From positions 187,984,001 through 188,048,000 of the forward strand of contig NC_042997.1 in assembly GCF_006345805.1 (NCBI RefSeq): a DNA stretch of 64,000 nt. Direction: 5' to 3'. The DNA comes from Octopus sinensis (taxonomy: Eukaryota). Below the pieces are notes generated by a model. It was not told where the DNA came from. It worked only from the letters and a program-made list of their open reading frames with translations, and ran no database searches. Below, one piece after another: positions 25,661 through 37,247 of this stretch (positions within the stretch are counted from its first letter, which is position 1; every line of letters begins with the position of its first letter). A program made the translations under genes and the position numbers.

Positions 25661-26087
25661 ACAGCATTTCTTCTTCCTTGCTCTCTATTTTCAAATGCAA
25701 TGTACTCCAACATTACTCCCGTTTTCTTTATTTTTATTTTATTAGCCCCCCCCCCCAGTATTAATTAATGTACACGTAAACACTCCTCCATTATTGATAC
25801 CTTGTTCCTTCACTCCTGTTTGTCGATTGTACACCAATTGTATTCGTTACTTCTCTCCCACTTTCATATTGTATACATGTACTCACACATTACTGTACAT
25901 ATACATACGCTTTTTTTTTCTCTCTCTCTCTCTCTCCATGTCTTTCTCTCCCTCTCTAACAATTTCATGCAAGCAACAATAGCAAATTATAAGTATATGT
26001 ATATCTGTCAGTGTACTTTCCCTTTCAGCCCTTCTTTTGAACCTTGTCCAAATAGCTCATTTTAGCGCGCCCTTCTCCTGTTATGTA

Positions 26088-26154
<67 letters not shown>

Positions 26155-27849
26155 TTACGAATGAAAAATCGGATAAAATTTAACGTAGCTGCATTCCATT
26201 TACCTAACATATCATTTGATCTAGTAAATTAAATGTGTCTATTTTTTGGTGTATGTGTAAATAGCTAAATACAAATAATCGGAATCTGCGACCAAACAAT
26301 TCAATACGTCATGGTATGAGTGAGTGTGTGTGTGGGCAGGTGTGTCATAGTAAGCTAGGTATACTATGCGGTGTGTCTGTGTGTGCGTTGTATATACGCG
26401 TGTGTTTGAACCGGCGTGTGTGTGAGAAGTGAGTGCGCACACTGTGTCTGTGTGTTTGCTTCAATTACTGTTGGACATATATTTTTAACACACGACAAAA
26501 GCTCGTAATTAGCTGTATGTTATGGGACTGGAGAGGTCTGCCAGTATTCAGAGAGGGAGGGAAAACGAGAAGCCGATCACAATGTGTATAAGTGAGTGTG
26601 AATGTGTGTGTGTGTACACGCGCCGATAGCCTAGCTATGTTGATGTGTCTTGTTTTCTAAGACACGTTGATCGACTTCACTTCCTTTGTAAAAGCCTAGT
26701 GGGTGCGAAAAAATACACTTATCGCAGGTTTTGAAACAAGGCTGCAGAATTGTATTTATTAACAAAGTAAATAATCTTTTTATTTGAGATGACTGGTGTG
26801 TGTGTGTGTGTTGAAAGACCACCTAATATATGCAATGATACACGTGCCTTTAAGTGATTGCTCGACTTGCTAGAAATAGCAGTGAAATCTCCCTCAAATG
26901 ACATCCTACCGGTATTAAAAAAAAAGAAGATATATTAGCTAATGTAGTGCTAAGTACGCCTGGCTGGAGCTAAATAGCAAAATAACATGAGAGCTAATTA
27001 GATAAAGGTTTCTTGTAACATGCAGAACGCCACAGATTTGTGAAGGTTCAATTTTGAGATAGGTTTTGTGTAACAAGTGAAGTGATTTTTCCGAACCGGG
27101 TGGAAACGTGGAAAATTGCCCTAAGCTGCAGTGATATGTCCAAAGCGAATTTACCATTATATACACAGTATGTGTGTGCGTGAGGGGGGAGAGGAGGACA
27201 GAAGGAGAATATTGCTTCCACGCGTAAAGAAAGCCAAACGGGTCGGTATTGAATCAGGACAAACAGATGGTACTATAAAATAACAGTTAAATCAGTGAGT
27301 CGAGTTTAGCATTGATAGACAGGCCCTTCACCAGCAATCTGCCGCTCTTTCTACTGCTTGTTTGTCTGATAAATACTTGAGATATTGTTAACAGGTCATG
27401 CATTGGTAGTTTACATTTACGGATCTATAACAGGACATAGATTACAAAATGTACAAAGAGAGATAGAGGAGGGAGCTAGATATAAAAGAGAGATAGCGGA
27501 AAGAAAACAACTAGAATCAGGTTTTATTATGATCCGCTCGCGCTAACAAGCAGAACGTCAGGTGTAAAAGTCTCGATGGAAATATAAGTATTAGACATGA
27601 ACAATAAATACTTGTTAACAAGAATTCGAATATTCATGTAAAAAGAAAAGAGTACGCACGCGTTATAAAGACGATAGGTATATTAATTACAGTATTAATA
27701 TGTATACAAGAAAATAAACACCTTATAGGAAAATACCTATTGTGCATAGAAATAAAACATGTAAATAATATGCATATTTTTTTGCTTAGAGAATAAAGCT
27801 TGAGCAAAGTCTGTTCATGTTTCTTCACCGCTATTATACCACAATTAAG

Positions 27850-28920
27850 AACAAACTATAGGCAAGTAAACAAATTTTTATTTTTGCCTTTCAATTTATC
27901 GGGGTCGATAAAATAACTACCAGTTGAGCACTGGGGATCATTGCAATCGACAAGCCTTTCCCCACAAAATTCCACGCATTGTGCCTATAGTAGAAAGATT
28001 TATAATTACTATCAGTGCTCAAACTGGTACATTTTATATCAACTCTTAAAGGATAAAAGGTAAAGGTAACCTTAGTGGAACTTGAACACAGAACATAAAG
28101 AGCCGAAGGAAATACTGCTATGCATTTTCTCCGGCGTGCTAACGGTTCTGATAGTTCACCGCCTTAATAACCATCTCAATTTTTTAGTGATACCTGCCTA
28201 AAAGAGCGTAACGCACGTGCTTACTAACGTTGTGTAACAAGCAGAATTATAAATACATTTAGGATGATTATTGATAGACGGTGAGCAGGCAAAATTGTCG
28301 GCGCATTGGACAAAATACTTAGCAGCATTTCTTCCGGATTTATATATTTTGAGTTCAAATACGGCCAAGGTCAATTTTGCCCTTCATCTCTATGGAGTCC
28401 GTAAAATAAAGCACCAGTCAATTTCTGGGATCGATGTAATCGACTTGCGCTCGAAACTGACGGCCTTGTACTAAGCGAGGTCGACTTTGCCTTTTATCCT
28501 TTCCGGGTCGATAACGTAAGTTCCAGCTGAGCACTGGGGTCGATGTAACGACTATTCCTCTCCCTCAAATTTTCAGGCCTTGTGCGTATAATAGAAAGAA
28601 TTATCATTGACGGCGGTCAGCTAGCAGAATCGTTAGTACGCCTTAGTGGCATTTCTTCTGGTTCTTTACTCAGAAGAGTTCAAATACCACTGAGGTCAAC
28701 TTTGCCTTTCATATCCACGAAATCAATAAAATAAAGTACCAGTCAAATACTAGAGTAGATGTATGCTGGCCTGTGCCAAAATTTGAAACAAAGGCGGCGA
28801 GCTGGCAGAACTGTTAGCGCCTCAGACTACATGCCTAGCAGCATTTCTTCCGGCTCTCTACGTTCTGAGTTCAAATCCCGCCGAAACCAACCTTTGCCTT
28901 TGATCTTTTACGGGACGATA
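27850..28920. mobile_element. Cluster of about five tRNA-derived SINE copies (Meta-domain-like core)
   Basis: Repeated GAGCTGGCAGAA...GAGTTCAAAT (Pol III A/B boxes) and GTCGACTTTGCCTTTCATCCTTTCGGGGTCGAT...CTGGGGTCGATGTAATCGAC core; mostly plus strand, one minus copy at about 28000-28170. Confidence 0.85.
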
Positions 28921-30436
28921 AAAGAGGTGTAGTGGTGCTGCTGAGAAAGGAACCAAACAAGGAGGGGTATTTTAACATCAGGTCCGTAACTCTGTTAAAT
29001 GCAGAGTTGAAGATGTTGACCTAAGTAACGCTTGTCGTCGATACTTTGATAGGTGAGGCACAGGTATGCACCATACCAAATAGATCCATGCATGACAACT
29101 CCTACCTCACGCAAGGGGGAGTAAAGAACGTAACATATGCGGGATCCAGATCAATTTAGATCAGCCGACAGCTTTCGATAGAGTCGACCATCAAATACTT
29201 GGCTGTCCTCATGGCGGCTGGATCGCTACAATGTGCAGTAACATTTGTTCAATTGTCAGCTTTTGGAACCGGTCACGATTATGATTTCAGTTCGTGACGT
29301 CCCCTCTCTATGTACTGACCCTAGAGTCACTACTGCAAAAATCGTGATTTCGAGAGGCATGCGGCGTGAACTAGGATGTATGAGATCCGTGTCGTTTATG
29401 CGAACAACGTCAACGTAATTTTGTTGGGCACCGAACACATCGAGGTGATCTGCACTTCTTTAAGGAGAGATAGAAGAAAAAATAAACCAGAAGTCGTTGG
29501 GACTGCAGCTCGGCACCTGGAGTTGCAGGTCCATACAATCCAACAGGGTTGTGGGGCGCTGGACGGACAAACCTGTTAAACTGCTTTGGCTTTGTTTTGG
29601 TTTGGTCCAGATTTCCAAGTGGACAAGAACTGGGGAAAAGTGATGAAGGTGGCTAATCTCACCCAGAAATGAGCTGGGAGGAAACTATCGTTAAAAGGCT
29701 GAGCAGAGATGAATGCCTACACTCTAACTGTCATCGACCACCGTTTGGCTGTCATGCTTTGTCTTTCTGACCAGAATGAAACACCTGCTCTTTCGCTTCC
29801 TGCGGAGAGGACGTGTTCCACTGCTCAGACGGTCCATTTGCTTTCAACTAGCCCTGCATGGAGGATTGGATATGCCGTGATTTATTAATACACAGACATC
29901 CAATGAAGCTATGACCTCTCCTGTCGCCTTCCTCTGGAGGAAAGGCAGGAACTTTTCTGCTGGGGGTTATGGCAAAAGAGGTATGGGATGCTACTGAAAG
30001 GACTGAAGACAGATACTTTCCTTTTCTGTCAAGTTCTTATCGACTTCTTGAAGTTCCACTTATAAAAGGAAAGTGAGGGTGGCGAGAGAGGTGATGTGCC
30101 CCAGTAAATTTGTAATAGTGGATATAGCGAGAATGGCCCAAAGGAATGGACAAATACTTAAGCATGCGTTTATAAGCTGAAACGTACGAAGAGATGAGAA
30201 CTTGTGGTACTTCTGGTGAGCAGGGTGACTCGGAATATAGAGGGTTCTTTCGTCACACCTGGGTGTCATTTACCTTCTATTGAGGAATTTTGTTGAGATA
30301 ATTCTCTTGTTAACTATCACTGTTTCTATTCTTTCCACGTGCTCATGTAAATATCTAGTATATTATCTTTGCATTGTCCTAAATGTATTTGCGTCCCTTG
30401 TGGCCAATAAATTATTATTATTATTATTATTATTAT
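28920..30436 (+). mobile_element. Internally deleted Tx1/L1-clade LINE with (TTA)n tail
   Basis: INLDQPTAFDRVDH, GPDFQVDKNWGK and RKLSLKG motifs; 3' end TGTGGCCAATAAA at 30399-30411. Confidence 0.8.
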
Positions 30437-31960
30437 TGAGGCGAGCTGGCAAAATCTTTAGCACGCCGGTCAAAATGCTTAGCGGCATTCCGTACGTCTT
30501 CATGTTCTGAGTTTAAATGTCACCAAGGTCGACTTCGCCTTTCATCCTTTCGGGGTCGATATAATAAATACTAGTGGAACTCTGGGGTCGATGTAATCGA
30601 ATTACCTCCTCCCCTCAAATTTCAGGCCTTTAGTAGAATGGATGATTATTATTATTCAACGCTGTTTTGTTATGGGTTGTGTGTGTAATGCGAGCTGTGT
30701 TCTGTTGGGTATCCGGCCTGTAGAGTACATGTTATGGTGGTTGTTTATTTTACTTGATATTTACTGTATAAAGTGTCTTGTGTTTGTGGATTGTTTTGTT
30801 TGAGTTGCATTATTGAATTGATGGTGTCTTGCGTAGGATGTGGGCTGTTCTTAGCAGAGCCATTTATGAATAGTGTGTAGCGTTGCGGGTTCAGGTATAG
30901 TTTCTACGTTTTTGTTCTTATGTTGTTGTTGCTGTCTTCTTCTTCTTCTTCTTCCAATCAGGACTCACGCCATTAGCCACAAAGAATAATCTCTAATTCG
31001 AGCCTACTCTATGCTACTAAGAATGCGTGTGGCAACTTGAAGATCCACCCACCGCAAACGATAGATTGGCGGTTGCACGAGCGCGAAAGCTACGTTGTTA
31101 TCCTCATTCCGGCTTTTAACGGGTGGAGAGTTGAACCATCCTGGGATACAGAGGATTCGCAATCTAGACTAGAGTCTGAAAGTTTACTACATCATAGTGG
31201 GTTACACCATGGTTCCTCTGCTTTATGGAAGAAGTAGGAAGAGAAGGTTATGGTGAAAGAGTACAGCGGGGTTCACACCACCTCGACGGAGCCTCGTGGA
31301 ACTTAGGTGTTTTTGCTCAATAAACACTCACAATACCCGGTCTGGGAATCGAAACCGCGTTCTTACGACCGCGAGTCCGCTGCCCTAACCACTGGGCCAT
31401 TGCGCCTCCACTGTTGTTGCTGTTGTTATTATTGGTGAGCTGGCAGAATCGTTAGCAAACCGGGAGAAATGCTTAGCGGTATTTCGTCTGCCGTTACGTT
31501 CTGAGTTCAAATTCCGCCGAGGTCGACTTTGCCTTTCATCCTTTTGGGGACGATTAAATAAGTACCAGTTACGCACTGCGGTCGATATAATCGACTTAAT
31601 CCGTTTGTCCTCTCTGTGTTTAACCCCTTGTGAGTAGTAAAGAAATAGGAATTTCGTCTGTCTTGAAAGGCGGCGAGTACCGATGAAACAGTGGGGTCGA
31701 TGTAATCGACTAACCCCTCCCCCCAAAAAATACTTCAAGTCCTGAGCCCATAGTAGAAAGGATTATTATTATTATTATTATTAATGTGGCAAGTTGGCAG
31801 AATTATTTGCCTATCGAACAAAATAGCGATATTTTTTCCGTCGAGATCGACTTTGCTTTTCATTCTTTCGGGGTCGATAACATAAGCATCTGTTGAGTAC
31901 TGGGGTCAATGTAATCGACTGACCCACCTGAAACTGCTGGCCTTGTACTAAACTTTGAAA
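30437..31960. mobile_element. Second SINE cluster: plus copies at about 30437-30650, 31430-31660, 31680-31770 and 31780-31960; a different minus-strand tRNA-headed SINE at about 31235-31410
   Basis: Same core as above. The minus copy has head GGCGCAATGGCCCAGTGGTTAGG...GGTTTCGATTCC. Confidence 0.85.
30660..30930 (-). mobile_element. Possible 3' end of a restriction-like-endonuclease LINE (R4/NeSL type)
   Basis: Minus-strand ALLRTAHILRKTPSIQ* resembles the ALLGTAHILRK C-terminal motif of these elements. Confidence 0.45.
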
Positions 31961-31969
31961 TAATTTCCC

Positions 31970-34270
31970 ACCAGCATGGCAGTTTTAGGAGTGGATTGCA
32001 TAAATGCATGTGGCCTGGGGTTACCCTGGAAGCATAGGCGTCTGTTCAATGACCTCAGGTCACTAGCTATAGCTGTAATAACCATGAACGAAATCAAAAT
32101 TTGTGACACAGGTGCTATAGTCTCCATTTTTGATGACCAAGACCTGCGCATCTCTGAGTCGATCTGGAATGATAAGCGGAGTAGCAGTGTTATTTCGGAA
32201 AAGCCTGGGTCTCAAGAACCCGTACGGAAAGCTGGTGGCCCTGGATGTAAAATGTAGCGAAGGGTGAGCCTTTAGACTAATGACTGTCTACGTTCTAACA
32301 GAGCGACCAGATTTTTTTTGTGTGTGTCTGGAGGTTTTCCTCGAAACGTTCCGCCTTTTCTGTTAATGGCTGATTAGAAGGCCATCTTGGATGCACGTTT
32401 GGATTGTATAGGGCTAGCTGATAGAAATGATTGCAAAAGCCTCACAAACCTGCACAAACGTTTCTAACTATCTGACAGGTATCGACTGAATTTTCCGAGT
32501 GCACCGATGTGAATATGGGCAAACAGCACTGAGACATCCAGATCATATCTAGACAGCATTCTGTAGGTCAGCAGAAAAAAATGAGCATAAAATGTTCAGA
32601 ATTGAGTTTTGTTGGCCATACAGACTATATATTTGTGATTTGTATTGTCGAACTAGATACCTGGTTACTGAAAACTGAAAATGCTGCTTCCGGCGTGCTA
32701 AGTTCACAAATACCAGATTAGAGACCTAGATAAGCGGGCACTGACGGAGGCAATCGTCAGCAAACGATGGTGGTTATCCCTGAAATAGGCTATCATAGTC
32801 AGTAAGTAGTGACAGAGAATTCTAAAATAGAATGACAGCTAGTTACGAACCTAGAAGAGACGTTTAAGAAAGACATTGATATGCTGGCGGTAAGATTGTC
32901 CCTTGACCAATTCTTCAACGCTAAGCACGAAGATTGTGTTGTCGAAGCTAGAGCGCGCGTTCTAAGGCATGCGGGAACGGAAGCCGTTTGATGGGCCCAT
33001 GTAGAAGAGGCACAACAGGGCAATTAAACCACAATCCAATTTTTGACGAATCAGGAGGGGCACATGCTACACGATTCCTAACAGATGTGTGTGGATTTTC
33101 AGTGACACTTCACTCAACTATTTGGGGCTGACGTTGGGCTGAAGACAGAGGTGTACTTTGCCACCTACTTAGCAACCTATCATCACTCTAGGATAGGGAT
33201 GTGGAGTTATGCGAAAGGCTGGTAACAACTGATGGAATACAGGAGGCGATGACTGGAGCCTGTAGGATGGAGAGAACGGACAGAAGAGGTGTCATTGGCG
33301 ATCAGTGTTCCGGAATTAGTTGGGGTTCTTGATCACCCTATTTTGGTCGGAATATTCATGTTATAATTTTCTGGTTAACTCAAAGAAAACTGTCCCTGAA
33401 AGGTGGGGCAGAGGTAACGAACATCGCTTCTGTCATATATTATTGCTTGACCTTCATCACTAGCTCCAGTTCACGTATGACTGTACTAGGACACTTACTC
33501 TTTCGCATTCTACTTGGTCAGGCACTCCATTAGCAGTCAACGTCCTTGACAGTGAGCGGGTGTGATCACTATTTGTCAGATGGGTATTTCCACGGCTCAT
33601 TTCTTAAAAGGGTTGTAGTCCTTGGTCAGGCAAAGACCAAGACAGGACAGCTGGTGTCTGGAATGTCATCAAACGCACACAGCTATCTACCAGTTGGGCA
33701 ATGCAATCAGTAGAAGTTCCACTTAGGCGTTCTATAGAGATAGGCAAGAGCATTATTCTCATAGACTCAGTACACCAAGGAAAATTAACTTACTGGTCTG
33801 TTCTGGATGACTTTTAGGCAGGGGCCAATGCATAATTGCCAGAAATCTCTGGCCTAGCAGTGCAACCAGGGGTGGTAGTCATTTCGAAAAAATTTAACTT
33901 TTCTAATCCTTTTCATGGCTTAATCTGAGAATGAAGTACAGTATCCTGTGACTGTTTTCAGGTCTTCAAAAACTGGTTGGATGAAAAGGTTATCATCAGA
34001 TCAGAGATCTAGTCCAAACATTTCAGGCGCAAGAATACTGTCATCCAGGCTTGTCCGTGATGTGTGCAGAGCAATGAAACTGTTCTGCATGCACTCATCC
34101 AGTACCCAAGCACTACTGACTAGTAGAGTTATGTCAAACACATGCTTTCATAGGAGGGACAGAACCAGCCATCAGCTATGTCCATTGTGAAGATTGCCTT
34201 CGTAAGTAAGAGGTCTTAGAGAAAGAGGATATTTGGTGGAACACAGAAACTACAAGAGATTCATTAATAC
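31970..34270 (+). mobile_element. Heavily decayed Tx1/L1-clade LINE (endonuclease start to zinc finger)
   Basis: VDCINACGL endonuclease start, KSLA.QCNQ and CP.CVQSNETVLHALIQ motifs matching the copy at 20300-20800. Confidence 0.75.
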
Positions 34271-35513
34271 AATCAGGTGTAGTATGTCAGAAAAAAAAAA
34301 ACCTACTTTACTAAAAATTATACTATTACATTATTCTGAAATAGTACTTTTTTGACAGATATGCCAATTAATAATGTAACTTAATTTTGTTTGCCGTCTG
34401 TTTATTCCAGTTTCTTCTATTTCCCTCAAGTTAAAAGTATGCTTAGCTATATCTGAATGGCATGCATGTCACTTTGATGTTATTGCATTAGACAGACAGA
34501 CAGACAGATAGAAATAAAACCCAGGGAAAGTCAATCTGTAACAAGAGAATTCCTTAAATCAGTGACCTCGGCTGTAACATGATAAAATTAGCATAAACCA
34601 GCTATGAGATTCATATTAGTAGAAACTTGTAGGAATTATAAAACAGCTTGAGTTTTGGAATAATTGAAGTTATGTATTGAAAATTCAAGTGCAGAAATAA
34701 TACAGGGGAAAAACATAAAAATGAAGAGAATCAGTTTCATGCTGAATAGATATATCTTAGTTTACATTTGGCTAAACAATACCAAGATTTTGATAAGCTA
34801 ACTGTGGATTATTTTATAATCTTAGCTAAAGCTATAGCCTCGCATATTACTTGAAGTTCAGTTGAAATTAGTAAATTACAAAAAAGAGTATAATTTAATA
34901 CAAAAATGAAAGCGTATGAAGTTAGGGAGACTGGGATTTCTTATGTTCTTGAAGGCTACTAGATATTTTGAATTTTCTTACTTTTTCGTGGTTTAATCAG
35001 AGAATGAAGGACAGCATTTATGACTGTTTATTGGTAGGAAGAAAAAAAGAAGCTATCAGACCAGAGACCTAGTCCAAATGCTAGTAACACTGACAACTCT
35101 CCTAAAAGCACTCATGGCCCAAGTAAAGGTGTTAAAACAGGCAACTGATTGAGTATACCACCTAAAACAGTAATAATCCCTCTGATAGGCTGCTACAGAT
35201 TTCCCCTACCAGTATTTTACTCACAACACTTTAATCAACCTGAGGTGACACACAATGGGATTGAACTTAAAATTACAATTTCAAAACATGTTAGCCATAC
35301 CTAATTGAGGGATAAGGATAGCTTGGTGAAGTAGAAGATCAGCTAAGTGAGGGGAATATATATGCTAGGATGATTGCCTCTGGAGAGGCAGAGTTGAGGA
35401 AAGTATTCACTATACTCAGACAAGATGCATAAGAAGAATAACAAAAGAAGCAAGTTCATCAAACAAGTTTTGGTGGGATAGAGATAGGGCCTTCAGACTT
35501 AAGTGCCAAATGT

Positions 35514-37247
35514 AATGTCATGGAACTTCTTGTGTGAATTGCTTTATTGCAGTGTCCATTGAGACTCCAGCTGTCCTGTTAGCTAGTTGGTAACAGCTCT
35601 GCTGTTTCTGTACTCATTACTCTTAGCAGCATATGTGCTTCATTGGCTACACACATACACACTCAGTTACATGATAGCTATGCAGGTATATCTTAAAGAT
35701 CAGTTATATCCCATTCTCTTTTTTAGTGGGTCTGCTTGCTAAACACATACATATAGTTTTTTTTTTCAGGCCAGACTCCACTACTACATTGGATGTAACC
35801 AGTTTTTATTTATTTACATATTCAACACAAAATAGCAGTATTATAAGCAAATTATTTACTTACAACTAAAACAACAAGAAAAAAGGCAAAGTTTCAACAC
35901 TTTATTATTTAAAAATAAAATACTAATTTACGATATGCACCACAGTAAATCCAGCACTGGAAAAGGAAAAAAGTACTTTCTCAAGTACATGTTTATACTA
36001 TCTAATGGTTAATCTGAACCAGGATAAACTGTTGTAACAACAGTAAATAAGAGAAGAATTCAGTGTATTTGTGGTCAAGTGGTTGTAGTTTGCTAGGATT
36101 TGAAGGTTTTCTGTACATTGTCAAAAATGTGTAAAGTTAGAAACGTTGTAAATCACAAAAATCCAGAGGACCAAATCATATTTCTTGTTTCTATAGTATT
36201 AACCAAGACAAAAGATAACTCTTGAATATGATTCTGAGTTATTGCTTGAGCTTTCCCCATAACCCAACACTACAAGTGATCTCAGCACAACTACTAATGA
36301 ATTACTCAATTATAGTACTGCAATAAATTATATTACCTATTTATAGATAGGAAGCCTTTACAGACACTTTGCTAGAAAGAGCAGCCAAATCCCTCTCAGA
36401 GCATAATTTAGTATCTTACACAAGACATTAGAGTGTGATTTGTCACTTACACAAAAGACAAGATGGTCATTGATATGCTTCGACTATTTATCTGCTCAGT
36501 TAGGGATCTCAACAACTTAGCTGAATTTGTTAAGTTACATATTTTTGCTAATATAGCACTGATGGCCAGATACAAACTACCATCTTCTGAACTAGTCATC
36601 TTGACTGACTGACTTGTGCTGTCACTTTGTAGATAGTCAATAAAAAAAGAAATAAATGAAAATATATTCTGGCCATAAGAAGCAAATCCAGCCTCTCTGA
36701 TATAGTCTTAGCTATATTATGAGGGGTCACTATAGAAAGTTAATGATTATAAAGTCTTTTGGGAAGAGCAGAATATTTTAGATGTATGCTGTTCATAGGT
36801 AGAAATATAGTATCATACGCAAGTTTATAAGTATCCATAGTATTTGTCTTTCTGTACCATTAACTGAAATAATGTTGTAGCTCTGCTGCAGGATATTTTT
36901 GAAGTTTTGGGTCATAGAGATTATACATGCTAAGTAAAAGGTGTAGTAGTTGCATGAAGATGAACCCAAAGCATGGAAAGTTAGGCAGAAGATATGATTT
37001 TCATAAAAATGTATATGTTTAGCAAGCAGACCCACTAAAAAAGAGAATGGGATATAACTGATCTTTAAGATATACCTGCATAGCTATCATGTAACTGAGT
37101 GTGTATGTGTGTAGCCAATGAAGCACATATGCTGCTAAGAGTAATGAGTACAGAAACAGCAGAGCTGTTACCAACTAGCTAACAGGACAGCTGGAGTCTC
37201 AATGGACACTGCAATAAAGCAATTCACACAAGAAGTTCCATGACATT
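35514..37247. repeat. Long inverted repeat: arms 35514-35752 and 37009-37247
   Basis: Base-by-base comparison shows 232 bp of perfect reverse complement (35514-35745 vs 37016-37247), extending to 239 bp with one mismatch. Spacer is 1256 bp. The arms are unique sequence, not a recognisable transposon. Confidence 0.97.

Noticed and set aside
31330-31410. Possible tRNA gene
   Set aside because: It is the tRNA-derived head of a SINE: it continues into a SINE body and lacks a clean cloverleaf and terminator.
34154-34201. Apparent plus-strand exon ending at CTTC|GTAAGT
   Set aside because: Lies within the zinc-finger region of the decayed Tx1 element.
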